Assembly: GCA_964187785.1 (NCBI GenBank)
Contig: OZ076413.1
Location: 46,502,001-46,566,000 of the forward strand
DNA length: 64,000 nucleotides
Direction: 5' to 3'
From: Amphiscolops sp. MND2022
Lineage: Eukaryota
Shown in pieces: positions 63,207 to 64,000 of the stretch (its first letter is position 1; the number at the start of each line of letters is the position of its first letter). The translations under genes and the position numbers were made by a program. Below the pieces are notes generated by a model. The model saw nothing but the letters and a program-made list of their open reading frames with translations, had not been told where the DNA came from and did no database searches.

Positions 63207-64000
63207 CTGAACATCGAAATACGTGATCAATGAACCTTCGTCTCTTCATCTAATACAGTAGGCAATGAAAAGTTAAAGCGCTACAAATTCATTTTGATCA
63301 ATGATAAATATGGAGAAAATGGAACACCCTTTTAAACTGTAATAAAAACCCTTTTGACATGCTCGCATGATGAATGAAAAATTGGAAATATTCAAAAAAT
63401 GTTGTCTGACTTTCAAATCTAGATTTATTGGGACTAAAATGCTGGGAAAACATGGTTTTACTAGAACTTAACATCAATTAATTCTCAACAACGTGTTATA
63501 AAAAACTGCATTTTTGCTTAGATGCTGCAGTCCCTAAAATGGTACCAGAAATCCATACTGGACAAAAAACGGTATTTCCTTACAAAGTCCCAATCTTTCA
63601 GGAATTTGTTAAAATTTTCAAGATTTGGAGAAGAAAAGTTTAGCGACTGTTTTGCTTTGAAGTTCCGAGGTAGGCTGTACAGTAAAAAGTACAATTATTC
63701 AGTAAAGTGTTTCGAAAAAGGAAAAATGTATTGTCTCATAAACTTTCGAAAATTTTTGCTCTGAAACCCAAAATTTGAAGTAAGACATTGCCACAATTCA
63801 AAGAAACCAACTTCTCAAGCAACGGTTGAGAAACTAGATAAATTAAAATTTTGAGCGGCTCCGTATAGGCCGGATGTCAACATTATTTTTCAGAAAAGAG
63901 AACTTCTAAACGGTTTTAAATCAGGCCTACATTGTTACGACTACTACACGGGTCGTTATTTTGGATAGATGTTATTCTAACTGATTTAGTAGGAGTGTAG

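Overview
AT-rich, repeat-dominated eukaryotic (animal) DNA with one 200-N gap; no prokaryotic genes, rRNA or CRISPR. Three large LTR elements dominate. (1) A decayed minus-strand Ty3/Gypsy element (~8.7-23.6 kb) whose gag appears to start inside the LTR and which carries, antisense between pol and the 3' LTR, a ~3.7 kb intron-containing gene for a BED-zinc-finger, hAT-transposase-like protein. (2) A complete non-autonomous LTR element (25101-33491; TG..CA LTRs, ATTT TSD, tRNA-Arg-like PBS) with no gag/pol but an AT-hook ORF. (3) A decayed minus-strand retrovirus-like Gypsy element (~35-55.2 kb) with gag-PR-RT-RH-IN, an env resembling class III (chuvirus G/herpes gB-like) fusogens, extra post-env ORFs, a recent 1755-bp triplication of its 5' ORF, and a 5' leader holding seven covarying bulged hairpins. 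Also present: DINE-1/HINE-like repeats, TIR elements, a probable solo LTR, long near-perfect palindromes, and the last exon of a host Cys-loop ligand-gated ion channel. All family assignments come from motif recognition by eye, not database searches.
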